A DNA stretch of 64,000 nucleotides. Source: a virus. Under the pieces are notes generated by a model that did not search any database, was not told the origin of the DNA, and was given only the letters and a program-made list of their open reading frames with translations. The position numbers and the translations under genes were made by a program. This document shows positions 18,752 through 26,786 of the stretch, piece by piece. How positions within the stretch are numbered: position 1 is the stretch's first letter; each line of letters starts with the position of its first letter. The stretch is taken from positions 96,001 to 160,000 of the IMG/VR virus record IMGVR_UViG_3300005529_000023. The stretch is one strand, 5' to 3'.

Positions 18752-19216
18752 TTAAAAAACTATTCGTTCAACGTCGATCTCTCGTAGCAATTTGCCAATT
18801 TTTATAAATTCTTTATGTGTAAATTCAGAAGATTTCACTCTATTACATCTTCCGCAACAAACTACCAAATTGCTATATTCGTAATCTATTTCGTTGTTGA
18901 TTCTATCCAAATTGTAAGCCGTAGTGTTCCACGAAACTAGTCCGCTGCAATAGAAACAATCATTTTGAGCCACAAAATCTAGAAATTGTTCGTAGGTAAT
19001 GAAAACTTCCCTATTAGATCTTTTCGCTTCTCTGCATAAAACTCTGAATAGACTTTCATAGGGTCTCAAGGTTCTCTTTTTAACAGCTGCCGCATTAGCT
19101 ATTTTGTGATTTCTCCGACCTAAACATTTTCTACAAACACCAGTTTGACCTTTGTTTTTGGTAAATCTTTCATATTTGCAATCTGGACATATTATCAAAT
19201 ATGGTTTACGCGGCAT
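18752..19216 (-). mobile_element. HNH-type homing endonuclease
   Basis: CFYC...LDRINN...SNLVVCCGRCNRVK; N-terminal CxxC pairs; AT-rich relative to flanks. Confidence 0.75.
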
Positions 19217-19218
19217 AT

Positions 19219-20376
19219 TTACTCATAATCTCTGATACTTAGACCTACAGGAAACCTTGGTACCTTTTCTGCACCAGTTAGCCCTTGGTACTGCACAGTA
19301 AGCAGTTTTCCAGTCCACAGAGAGTGGTTATCGAAAAATTCTTTAAGCCGAGATGTCTCTCCACGCATTTTAGCAAGAAAGTCTTTCCCGCTCTTCGTCC
19401 TACAAAGAAAACTACCGACGTGTCCGGCCAGCTTTCCACGGCCTTCTTCAAATCCGACAATAGGGAATTCGTCATCATCAAACTCTTTAACTTTCTGGAG
19501 GTCATACGATCTTTTATTGGCATACTTGCCTTCAAGATTGCGTAACATGGCTCCTTCATATCCATCAGCTCTGAATTTTTCGAAGACATCTGTGACCTGA
19601 TCCTCATTTTCTACTACCCATGTATCTACCTTGACGATACTGCCCTCGAACCAACTCGACTTCATATAGCGAAGTTTAAGCATTCTCCTAGAGAAAGGCT
19701 CATCTGTAACTACATCGTAGACGTGGTATTCAACCAATTCATATCCTTCTTCGGGCTTTTCTTTCCTTACTGCCGAAACAATCTTCTCGAAGTCCTTTTT
19801 GAACTGGTGATTGTATAGTTCGCCGTCCAAAATGATTTCAGTGCCGGCAGGAAAGCCTTCTTCGATCTGCTTGATGATATGCGGCATGGAAGTAATTGGC
19901 TTTCTAGTACGAGACCAAAGGGTACACCTGCCATCCTTCAAAATAGCGATACAACGAATACCGTCCAGCTTAGGCTGCGCTGCAGCAGGATACTTGATCT
20001 TATGGCCGTGCTCGGAGAATTTGTGAGCTAGCATCGGAACGATGCCGCCCTCGATTAGGTCGTCGGTTTCCTCGGCTTCTGCGGCCTTCTTGGTCTCGAC
20101 GTAACCCTTCTTCTTTTGCTTTTCCCACTTCGCTTTTGCCTCTGCTTCGGCCTGCTGGAACGCGGACGTTTCATTCTTTTTCCCCTTGTTTTTGCCTTCA
20201 GAGATCGTATCTTCAGTCTTTTGCGGACTTTCAGTGCCTAGCTGCCCGTACTCGGTTATGATCACCCCTCGCCAATCGCCAGAGCCCTGCGGCCCGCAGG
20301 CTCTTTCGACTGATATGGTCCAGTATTGGATTGCTCCGGTGCTTGTTTTCTTGTAGAGGGTAGGGAAATTTACCAT
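19219..20376 (-). CDS. ATP-dependent DNA ligase with N-terminal WGR-like domain
   Basis: Motif I QPKLDGIRC, ILDGELY, YHVYD, YEGAMLR, LQKVK, OB-fold PRFP. Confidence 0.93.
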   Translation of the reverse strand: MVNFPTLYKKTSTGAIQYWTISVERACGPQGSGDWRGVIITEYGQLGTESPQKTEDTISEGKNKGKKNETSAFQQAEAEAKAKWEKQKKKGYVETKKAAEAEETDDLIEGGIVPMLAHKFSEHGHKIKYPAAAQPKLDGIRCIAILKDGRCTLWSRTRKPITSMPHIIKQIEEGFPAGTEIILDGELYNHQFKKDFEKIVSAVRKEKPEEGYELVEYHVYDVVTDEPFSRRMLKLRYMKSSWFEGSIVKVDTWVVENEDQVTDVFEKFRADGYEGAMLRNLEGKYANKRSYDLQKVKEFDDDEFPIVGFEEGRGKLAGHVGSFLCRTKSGKDFLAKMRGETSRLKEFFDNHSLWTGKLLTVQYQGLTGAEKVPRFPVGLSIRDYE

Positions 20377-20648
20377 ACTTTTTCTAGCCTTTCTTGAAGT
20401 TCTTTGACGGTCATCTTGTCTCCAAAGACCTTGAAGAGTCTTTCTGAGACTGACTGAATCAGTTGTTCTTGTCTCTCGGTTATCTGGCCACTTGGAAGGT
20501 TGTAGACTTCGTGAAGTGCCAGCATTATTTCAAACCTAATGACATTAGAAAAGAAACCTTGTTTCGTCAGTGACACTTTATATCCTTTTTGTCCATTTTG
20601 GACAGAAGAACATATGGATCTGAGGAAAGCTAGTGTAAATTGCGCCAC
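20370..20648 (-). CDS. Hypothetical protein (start uncertain)
   Basis: 92 aa; its end overlaps the ligase start. Confidence 0.5.
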   Translation of the reverse strand: MAQFTLAFLRSICSSVQNGQKGYKVSLTKQGFFSNVIRFEIMLALHEVYNLPSGQITERQEQLIQSVSERLFKVFGDKMTVKELQERLEKVW

Positions 20649-20904
20649 ACTCGCATTTTGTTCCTCCGTACCCCATCATACTCTCAATTGAGACATAAAC
20701 AGTTGCATGCCAATTTGGATCGTAACTCTGTACTCCGGCAAACACGCAGTTGTAGTCTGATGCGCCAGTAAGATCCTCTTCGTAGATGACAAACTCATAC
20801 TTCTTATCTTTGTAAGTCACCAAATACGGAAAGTCTTTTATCTCTTTCCACCAGTTCATCTCTACTTTAGAACCGCTTAGGCCAAAATGAAGGGTCAACT
20901 TCAT
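20578..20904 (-). CDS. Hypothetical protein with C-terminal Zn-ribbon-like motif
   Basis: KCECGA...HMFFCPKW; starts 6 nt after the oxygenase stop. Confidence 0.6.
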   Translation of the reverse strand: MKLTLHFGLSGSKVEMNWWKEIKDFPYLVTYKDKKYEFVIYEEDLTGASDYNCVFAGVQSYDPNWHATVYVSIESMMGYGGTKCECGAIYTSFPQIHMFFCPKWTKRI

Positions 20905-20910
20905 CTAGTC

Positions 20911-21732
20911 TCATACCTTCTGGTAGATCTGCGCGATTCTTTGGTTCAGATACTCTTGAGCCGTGAAGCCTGGAGCTAGAAGCGTATCGCCGTGAGGATG
21001 AACAAAAAGAGGCATGCTAACACGATCAGAAGAGGAGTCATCAGGGTTGATAACCCTGTGAGTAGTAGACTTAAAAAGACCTTTAGAAGCAAGCTGAAGC
21101 ATATCGCCAATATTGACAACAATAGAATTTTCTTCATGGGGAACGTCATGCCATTTTCCTTCTTTGTCGAGAACCTGCAAGCCAGGTGCGCTTGCAGCTA
21201 CAAGCAATGTAATGAAGTTGATATCTTCATGTGCGGCTGCTCGAACTGCGCCCGGCTGAGCAGTGAAGTTCAATGCTGGGTAGTAGATCGTGCGAAGGAT
21301 CGTATTATCACTCTCTTCGCAAGCGGCTCTGTATTCAGTAAGACCATCTTGAAAATCGTCGATCACCTTGAGGATCTGACTTGAGATGTCTTCCAGTTGA
21401 AAGAAAATAGACTGGGTTACCGTAGAGACATCGCCCGGAAGAAGCTTGCCTGGCTGCCAGTGATAGAACTCCTTCAGATCTGAAACTTTAGCGCCGACAG
21501 CCTTCTCGGAACCGAAAGCCTTATAGCCCAAGTTTCCATCTTCTTTATTGACGAACTTGCTCTTGTAGCTTGGCTTATCAAGGAAAAACATGCGCCATGC
21601 CGACTGCACGTCGCGAATAAGACCATGATCAATTCCGTGATGAGTGATAACTGCAAACCCGGTGTTGATTACTGAATCAATAAACTCAGCTCCAAAGTCG
21701 CTGGAACGCAAATTACAGACCTTGATATTCAT
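20911..21732 (-). CDS. 2OG-Fe(II) oxygenase, isopenicillin N synthase-like family
   Basis: GFAVITHHGI, DLKEFY, LRTIYYP, AAAHEDINFITLL (HxD), VNIGDMLQ, STTHRV, RVSMPLF. Confidence 0.92.
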   Translation of the reverse strand: MNIKVCNLRSSDFGAEFIDSVINTGFAVITHHGIDHGLIRDVQSAWRMFFLDKPSYKSKFVNKEDGNLGYKAFGSEKAVGAKVSDLKEFYHWQPGKLLPGDVSTVTQSIFFQLEDISSQILKVIDDFQDGLTEYRAACEESDNTILRTIYYPALNFTAQPGAVRAAAHEDINFITLLVAASAPGLQVLDKEGKWHDVPHEENSIVVNIGDMLQLASKGLFKSTTHRVINPDDSSSDRVSMPLFVHPHGDTLLAPGFTAQEYLNQRIAQIYQKV

Positions 21733-21786
21733 CTTATGGCTCCAATCTTTAAGTATAGGATAGAGCAAATAAGGAAATAAGACAAT

Positions 21787-22236
21787 ATGATTTCGAAAGA
21801 TGAACTACTCAAAGGCAGAGACAAGTTGTATCCAAGCGACTACACGCAGCAGATTTCCGACAACCTCGATCAACTACTCGTACCAATGAATCAGATCAGA
21901 ACTGCATGGGGACAGCCGATGACCGTTGATTCTGGATGGCGCTCACCAGAAGAAAATGCAAATACAGCTGGTGCAGCTCCACACTCTAAGCACATGCTCG
22001 GTCTCGCATGCGACATCGCTGATGCAGACGGATCTCTTTGGGCTTGGGTTCTCCAAAATCTTGCGCTCATGAAGCAGCTAGGGATCTACTTCGAAGATAA
22101 GCGCTGGACACCAACATGGGTGCATTTTCAGCTCGGTGGACCTGCGAGCGGCCACAGGATCTTCGTACCTTACACTACAAGACCGTCCGCTCCAGATGCT
22201 TGGGACGGCAATTACGACCATTCTTTTGATGGATAA
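21787..22236 (+). CDS. Peptidase M15A-like Zn peptidoglycan hydrolase (endolysin candidate)
   Basis: SGWRS...SKHMLGLACDI...WVHFQ; preceded by the candidate late motif CCAATCTTTAA. Confidence 0.85.
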   Translation: MISKDELLKGRDKLYPSDYTQQISDNLDQLLVPMNQIRTAWGQPMTVDSGWRSPEENANTAGAAPHSKHMLGLACDIADADGSLWAWVLQNLALMKQLGIYFEDKRWTPTWVHFQLGGPASGHRIFVPYTTRPSAPDAWDGNYDHSFDG

Positions 22237-22361
22237 GAAACGAGCGACTACAAAAAGATCTAGAGCTGAGTAACTTTTTGGGTCAAGCTGATGAATGAGG
22301 GGTGTCGGCGAGACATCACGATTTCACGACCTAGTTTCTCTCCGACGCCCCGGATTTAAAA

Positions 22362-22434
22362 CGCCAACTGCCGGATTCGAACCGGCGTTTCTGCCCGATA
22401 GTGGGAGCGTCCTAGGCCCCTAGACGAAGTTGAC
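22362..22434 (-). pseudogene. tRNA-Glu-like body with aberrant anticodon arm, no CCA
   Basis: GTCAACT/AGTTGGC acceptor; Glu-type D-arm TCGTCTAGGGGCCTAGGAC; perfect T-arm GCCGG-TTCGAAT-CCGGC; anticodon arm CTCCC-ACTATCG-GGCAG is non-canonical. Confidence 0.7.
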
Positions 22435-22499
22435 TGCCCGTTGTAGCGGGATTGTAACCATCACCGGCTTCTACAAAAGCATGTGGCGGATTACATAAA

Positions 22500-22575
22500 T
22501 GGTGGAACCGAAGAGAGTTGCACTCTTCACAGTCCCCGTGCAAGGGGGACTCGCCACTACGGAACATGCGATCCC
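22500..22575 (-). tRNA. tRNA-Ala(TGC), atypical T-loop
   Basis: GGGATCG/CGGTTCC acceptor with G3:U70, A73, CCA; loop CTTGCAC; T-loop TGCAACT. Confidence 0.85.
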
Positions 22576-22594
22576 AATAGAACTATATCACATC

Positions 22595-22725
22595 ATTTCT
22601 GTGGCTGGGAATCCCGATTCTCCACCCAGCTCTACCCCACTGCCTAGTCCATTAATCTAGGCGTTTCGGATTGCTAGTAGGTGAGGCGTGCGTTTTTATA
22701 CTCGTCTCGTACACTACACAGAAAT
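22595..22725 (-). ncRNA. Candidate structured RNA (element C), cloverleaf-like
   Basis: Closing stem ATTTCTGTG/CACAGAAAT; GCTGGG/CCCAGC arm abutting the 3' strand; internal GCCTAG/CTAGGC hairpin; no ORF. Confidence 0.45.
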
Positions 22726-22727
22726 TG

Positions 22728-22878
22728 TTGGTGGGTCGGGCTTGATACCGACTACTCTCACTTAACAACAACCCCCTTGAAGGTTACATTCAACAAGGGC
22801 GTCTGAGAGTTGCTTTCGGCGTTTCTTTGCCTGTAACTGCCAGCCTACATTATGCGTGTCCATCCACGCCGCCACCAA
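22728..22878 (-). ncRNA. Oversized tRNA-shaped RNA (element A, 151 nt)
   Basis: Acceptor TTGGTGG/CCACCAA, CG linker, D-like stem GCGTG/CACGC, T-like arm GTCGG/CCGAC; homologous to 33134..33362. Confidence 0.7.
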
Positions 22879-22925
22879 TTTTAGAGTTTAGAAGTAACCG
22901 TAACCGTCACTTCCTCAACGTAAAA

Positions 22926-23108
22926 CTAACTTTTCTTATTTTCGAGATTGTAGACCTTTGCGGCCTCTTCGATCTCGTTGGCGAACGTGCGAATACTCGA
23001 CACGACGACCTCAGCGTTTGCCGGATCAAAAGGATCAACTTCATTTTCTAGATCATTGATCTTGTCGAGAGATTCACCTACAGCGTCTGCATATCTATCT
23101 TTTGTCAT
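22926..23108 (-). CDS. Small acidic hypothetical protein
   Basis: 60 aa; AAGGGAAG RBS; TTGTTT-16-TAGATT promoter upstream. Confidence 0.7.
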   Translation of the reverse strand: MTKDRYADAVGESLDKINDLENEVDPFDPANAEVVVSSIRTFANEIEEAAKVYNLENKKS

Positions 23109-23164
23109 TTTCTTCCCTTTCGAACTAACAATTTGAATCTATCACACCTATTTTCTAAAACAAG

Positions 23165-23656
23165 CTATTTCGTAAAATTTATTTTTGCCTTAAAATCTTC
23201 TCTGACCCTGGTCAAAATCTGGCCAAGCCAGTTCGTACCATCCCAGTTTTCCTTATCCAAAATCAAGGGGTTATCCTCAGCAAGACCAACTCCCCAAATT
23301 TTGTCGTAAGGGCTCGCTTCGACGATTTCCCTATCACCAGTATCCAAAAGGATCTTTTGGAGTTCAGGATCAGAGAATTTGGCCTTGTTCGCCACGTAAA
23401 CAACTTCTTTGCAGACGATATTCCATGAGTCTGGATTAAAATTCTTGACGGTCCTGCCTATCGCCTTCTGTTCCTTTGGATTCTTTGCAGCCATGATCTT
23501 ATGCCAAGCCTCGAAGTCGCTAAACATCTTGGCTTTCATCGCCATCATGAACTGTTCGCAGCAGTTGTATTCTACTTCGCCGACAACAAAGGGGTGCTGG
23601 TACCACTGGCTAAATGGGCCACCCCAAAAGAATACGAATTTATCGGTAACTCTCAT
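23165..23656 (-). CDS. NADAR (YbiA-like) family protein
   Basis: FFWGGPFSQWY, EQFMMAMKAKMF, EQKAIGR, IVEASPYDKIWGVG, GTNWLGQILTRVR. Confidence 0.92.
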   Translation of the reverse strand: MRVTDKFVFFWGGPFSQWYQHPFVVGEVEYNCCEQFMMAMKAKMFSDFEAWHKIMAAKNPKEQKAIGRTVKNFNPDSWNIVCKEVVYVANKAKFSDPELQKILLDTGDREIVEASPYDKIWGVGLAEDNPLILDKENWDGTNWLGQILTRVREDFKAKINFTK

Positions 23657-23916
23657 AACTTTTTGATTTCCTTTTTTGCAGCCTTTTTGATTGAACCACC
23701 CCAGCCCCAACAAAAGAAGTCTTTCAGTGTGAATGCATATTCGACAGCCTTTCTATAGGTGCCTTCTACACATTCCAAAAAAGCTTCATGATGAGATCCC
23801 CCGAGGTCGGGATTTGTGTCCTCTGCGTAGATTTCCCAAATCCCGTATTCCTCGGGGTCATGTTTTGACCATGAATACTCCGACCTTTCCTTAATGTACT
23901 GGTCAACAGTTTTCAC
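23653..23916 (-). CDS. Hypothetical protein between the NAMPT-like gene and NADAR
   Basis: GTG start 1 nt after the NAMPT stop; stop overlaps the NADAR ATG region; IWEIYAED..PDLGGSHH...LECVEG. Confidence 0.7.
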   Translation of the reverse strand: MKTVDQYIKERSEYSWSKHDPEEYGIWEIYAEDTNPDLGGSHHEAFLECVEGTYRKAVEYAFTLKDFFCWGWGGSIKKAAKKEIKKL

Positions 23917-23917
23917 G

Positions 23918-25456
23918 TTACACCTTTGCTCTAGCCCTAACTTCCTCAAACGTAGTTGCGTTGAGGATCTTACCGTTCTCGAAGATCGGAACCAACATGT
24001 CGCCAGACATCTCGTGATCAAGAGTCAGTCCATCTGTGTAGTTGATCTTCCCGTTAGCATCCTTCCAAACAGCAACCTTACCCTTTTGGCTCTTCTTGAT
24101 CCCGTCATCGGTCTTAGGATTCTTGAAGATCTGCTTCTCTTTTCCGTTGATCACGCACGCAGTAGACTTGAGTGCGAAACCAAAAGTATCTCGGGTGTTG
24201 TATTGATAGGTGTACGAACCAATCCCGAAGACTACGTTGATCGAAGCGAAACCCTTGGCTTTAAGCCTATCCATAATCTCTTTGGCGCGATTGAGTGTGA
24301 TCGCATCACCGTAGATCAGGCCAATATGGGAGTCAAGCAGGCAGTAGCCATTGGCGGTGACAGTTCCACCGAAGATATCCCAAAGAGCTTCGACGGCGCC
24401 TTTATGTTGAAGGCTTCCCCTCGGAGCATCGGGATCGCCGCAAACGATAAGGACTGGATCTCCTGAGTCAGGACGAATGACTACTTTGTCGAGACCGATC
24501 GGGCTGCCCTTGCGAGCGAGAATGTCCTTCTTGAGAGCAGGAATCACTCGTCCGATCACATCCCAAAAGTCGTATCCATCGGAAACGATCGACACTGGAC
24601 CGCTAGGATGAACGACATTGATGAGAGTTCTCAAATATTCCATGTCGTCGCCATAAGCGCACTGGATGCTGTGCTCGGAAGCAGGAATGGAAGTTCCAAC
24701 GAGTTCCTTTTCGATGTTAGCCTTGTAGTAGTACTCAGCTGAGGAAATCGACGGACACGTATCTGTTCCAGAGAACTGAGTCAGATGGCCCATGCCAGTG
24801 AGCATTCCAGCGTGAACACCCATCATTCCTCTCATCGAGAAATCATGGCCTTGGAACATCACAAAGCCCGTATCACCGACAGTTTCCATTGCTGCCTTAT
24901 TGAGGATCTTACGATACTCACGAGCGATGGTAGCTGCGGTGTAGCAAGGCCACAGTTCGCAGGAGGCCAAAGTCTCGATGTAGTTCGTGAGCCAAAAGAA
25001 TCGGGGATCGGTGTTCTGGATCGTGAGAACTGGCGTACGAAGAGGAACAACCGTTCCTTCTGGAAGTGCCTTGATGAGCAAGGGCAGATAACCCAAGTCA
25101 TGAAGCTCTTCAAGATGCTTCGTTTCAGGGTTTTGATCGCCGAGAGTAAATTTCACGAAGCGAGTGTACTCCGCGAGCACTTCTTGCTTATTTCTCTTAA
25201 AGAAGTTCTTGTTGAAGTAGTCGATCAAGAACCTCTTAGTGAAAGCCTGATTACCGAAAACGGCGACTTCACAGACATCCTTCATGCGCGTAGCGCGAGG
25301 AGTCCAAGTGGAGTACACGAGCTGCGTTCCCTTGGGATACATCGGCCTGTGTGCGAGCTTGTAGAAGTCGCACAAAGCAGCTGCCAAAGGCTCAAATTCG
25401 CCCGGCGTGTTTAGGGGAAACTCCATACCAATATCGTGACTGTAGTAGTTGCTCAT
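23918..25456 (-). CDS. Nicotinamide phosphoribosyltransferase-like protein (candidate Namat of NARP1)
   Basis: CDFYKLAH, WLTNYIET, QGHDFSMRG, IPASEHSI, SIVSDGYD, VIRPDSGDP, IYGDAIT, VFGIGSYTYQYNTRDTFGFALK. Confidence 0.93.
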   Translation of the reverse strand: MSNYYSHDIGMEFPLNTPGEFEPLAAALCDFYKLAHRPMYPKGTQLVYSTWTPRATRMKDVCEVAVFGNQAFTKRFLIDYFNKNFFKRNKQEVLAEYTRFVKFTLGDQNPETKHLEELHDLGYLPLLIKALPEGTVVPLRTPVLTIQNTDPRFFWLTNYIETLASCELWPCYTAATIAREYRKILNKAAMETVGDTGFVMFQGHDFSMRGMMGVHAGMLTGMGHLTQFSGTDTCPSISSAEYYYKANIEKELVGTSIPASEHSIQCAYGDDMEYLRTLINVVHPSGPVSIVSDGYDFWDVIGRVIPALKKDILARKGSPIGLDKVVIRPDSGDPVLIVCGDPDAPRGSLQHKGAVEALWDIFGGTVTANGYCLLDSHIGLIYGDAITLNRAKEIMDRLKAKGFASINVVFGIGSYTYQYNTRDTFGFALKSTACVINGKEKQIFKNPKTDDGIKKSQKGKVAVWKDANGKINYTDGLTLDHEMSGDMLVPIFENGKILNATTFEEVRARAKV

Positions 25457-25635
25457 TTTGCACCCCCAACTTCATCACGGGACTTTCCGCAAATTTCGCA
25501 CAAGCTGCTATTCTTGAACCAGTGCAAGTGTGGGGTCTTCGCCAGCCTGGCCTTGGGTTCTCTACTGTGATACACAGTTTCCATTTGTTTCTTGGTCATT
25601 CCTAAGGAATTGACCTTCTCTACTGTTTTTTCCAT
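25453..25635 (-). CDS. Small hypothetical protein with CxxC
   Basis: AGGAG RBS; stop overlaps the NAMPT start; H..HW...LCEICGK. Confidence 0.65.
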   Translation of the reverse strand: MEKTVEKVNSLGMTKKQMETVYHSREPKARLAKTPHLHWFKNSSLCEICGKSRDEVGGAK

Positions 25636-25652
25636 ATAATCTCCTATATGGG

Positions 25653-26432
25653 TTAAGCTTCACTCTTCTCGCCATCGCGAGTGAAGACACGTTTGATGCC
25701 TGATTCATGTAGGGTCTTCACACCGCGTGAGAAGATCCCGTGAGTGACAAAGAGATTTACCTCTTTTGCACCTGCGGCCAACAGGTCTTTGGCCAACAAC
25801 TTGAAGGTGGCGCCACCATCGCAGATATCGTCTACAATTAGGACGTTTTTGCCGGCGCAATCACCGATAACTTTGTAACTGAGAATGTTTCCACTGAGCT
25901 GATCGCGAACTTTTTCACCGTAAATGTGCGGCCTGAAACAAGTAGAGTAAACCTTCGAGTACTTGGTCAGCGCACCCTTGTCTGGATAGCAGAAAATTGT
26001 GAATGCGCCGTTTTTGTCCATTTCTTGAGCAACTTCTTCGACCTTCTTAACAGGGTAGATGGCTTCAGCGGAACAACTCGGACGAACAGCGTCCCAATTA
26101 TGGGGATCGTGAATGATCAGATGATTGACGAATGTGAATGTGTTGAAGAGTTTGAAAAAGGTCTTGAGTGCAAAACAACTATCATTCGCTATCGGCTTGT
26201 CTTGGCGAGCATACGGCAAATAAGTAATTTCGATCTCGCTTTGAACAGCAAGGGTGTCGAAGAGATGAAGAAGCTGGAACAGCTGCATCACTTCTGCTTC
26301 ATTCGAATATTGCCAGAGAATTTTTGCTGGATTGGAACGAGAACCAGTGAGCGGTTCGGGAAGTTTCCAGACCTGGGAGGTCTTATCGGGGAAAACCGTA
26401 ACATTCAACGGTTGACCGTTTAGGTAAATCAT
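25653..26432 (-). CDS. Ribose-phosphate pyrophosphokinase-like protein (candidate Adps of NARP1)
   Basis: FPDKTSQV, YLPYARQDK, YPDKGA, PRT loop VLIVDDICDGGATF, FVTHGIFS. Confidence 0.9.
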   Translation of the reverse strand: MIYLNGQPLNVTVFPDKTSQVWKLPEPLTGSRSNPAKILWQYSNEAEVMQLFQLLHLFDTLAVQSEIEITYLPYARQDKPIANDSCFALKTFFKLFNTFTFVNHLIIHDPHNWDAVRPSCSAEAIYPVKKVEEVAQEMDKNGAFTIFCYPDKGALTKYSKVYSTCFRPHIYGEKVRDQLSGNILSYKVIGDCAGKNVLIVDDICDGGATFKLLAKDLLAAGAKEVNLFVTHGIFSRGVKTLHESGIKRVFTRDGEKSEA

Positions 26433-26506
26433 TTGGGCTCCTTATCGAGTTCACTCCGAGTTCCATCAATCTCGAACTTCGGTGGCGAACTTGCCTTACA
26501 CTTAAG

Positions 26507-26535
26507 GTTATATCAGAGCCTATTTAGCGAAACAA
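26507..26535 (-). promoter_or_regulatory. Sigma70-like promoter of the NAD operon
   Basis: TTGTTT-17 nt-TATAAC with TG extension. Confidence 0.6.
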
Positions 26536-26549
26536 GGAAAATAAGGAAA

Positions 26550-26574
26550 TAAAAAAGGCGCCATCCCTGGCGCC
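26550..26574 (-). terminator. Intrinsic terminator of the prohead-protease transcript
   Basis: GGCGCCA/TGGCGCC stem followed by a T-run on the minus strand. Confidence 0.7.
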
Positions 26575-26615
26575 CCATCTTTTGAAAAGATGTCTCTGTG
26601 TCTTCCTGACACGTA

Positions 26616-26786
26616 CTAGAGTTTTAGAACAATTTTAACAGCTTGCACAGCTGCATCGACAGCAGCCTTGATCAGTCCATGACCAAAGTAGCCGATTGCG
26701 ATGCCGCAAGCAAGATGTGACCAGCCATAAGCTTTCGCAAGCCAAGGCTGAACTTGTGCCCAAAGGGCGAGTAATTTAGCTTTCAT
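26616..26786 (-). CDS. 56-aa hydrophobic protein (not in ORF track)
   Basis: MKAKLLALWAQVQPWLAKAYGWSHLACGIAIGYFGHGLIKAAVDAAVQAVKIVLKL; AAGGAG RBS; overlaps the protease stop. Confidence 0.7.
   Translation of the reverse strand: MKAKLLALWAQVQPWLAKAYGWSHLACGIAIGYFGHGLIKAAVDAAVQAVKIVLKL

Noticed and set aside
22390-22410. Amber-suppressor (CTA) tRNA and stop-codon recoding
   Set aside because: The CTA register lacks U33 and a purine at 37; long genes are intact in code 11 and TAG ends genes such as groEL.
23894-25414. Plus-strand ORFs opposite the NAMPT-like gene
   Set aside because: Antisense shadows with no independent support.
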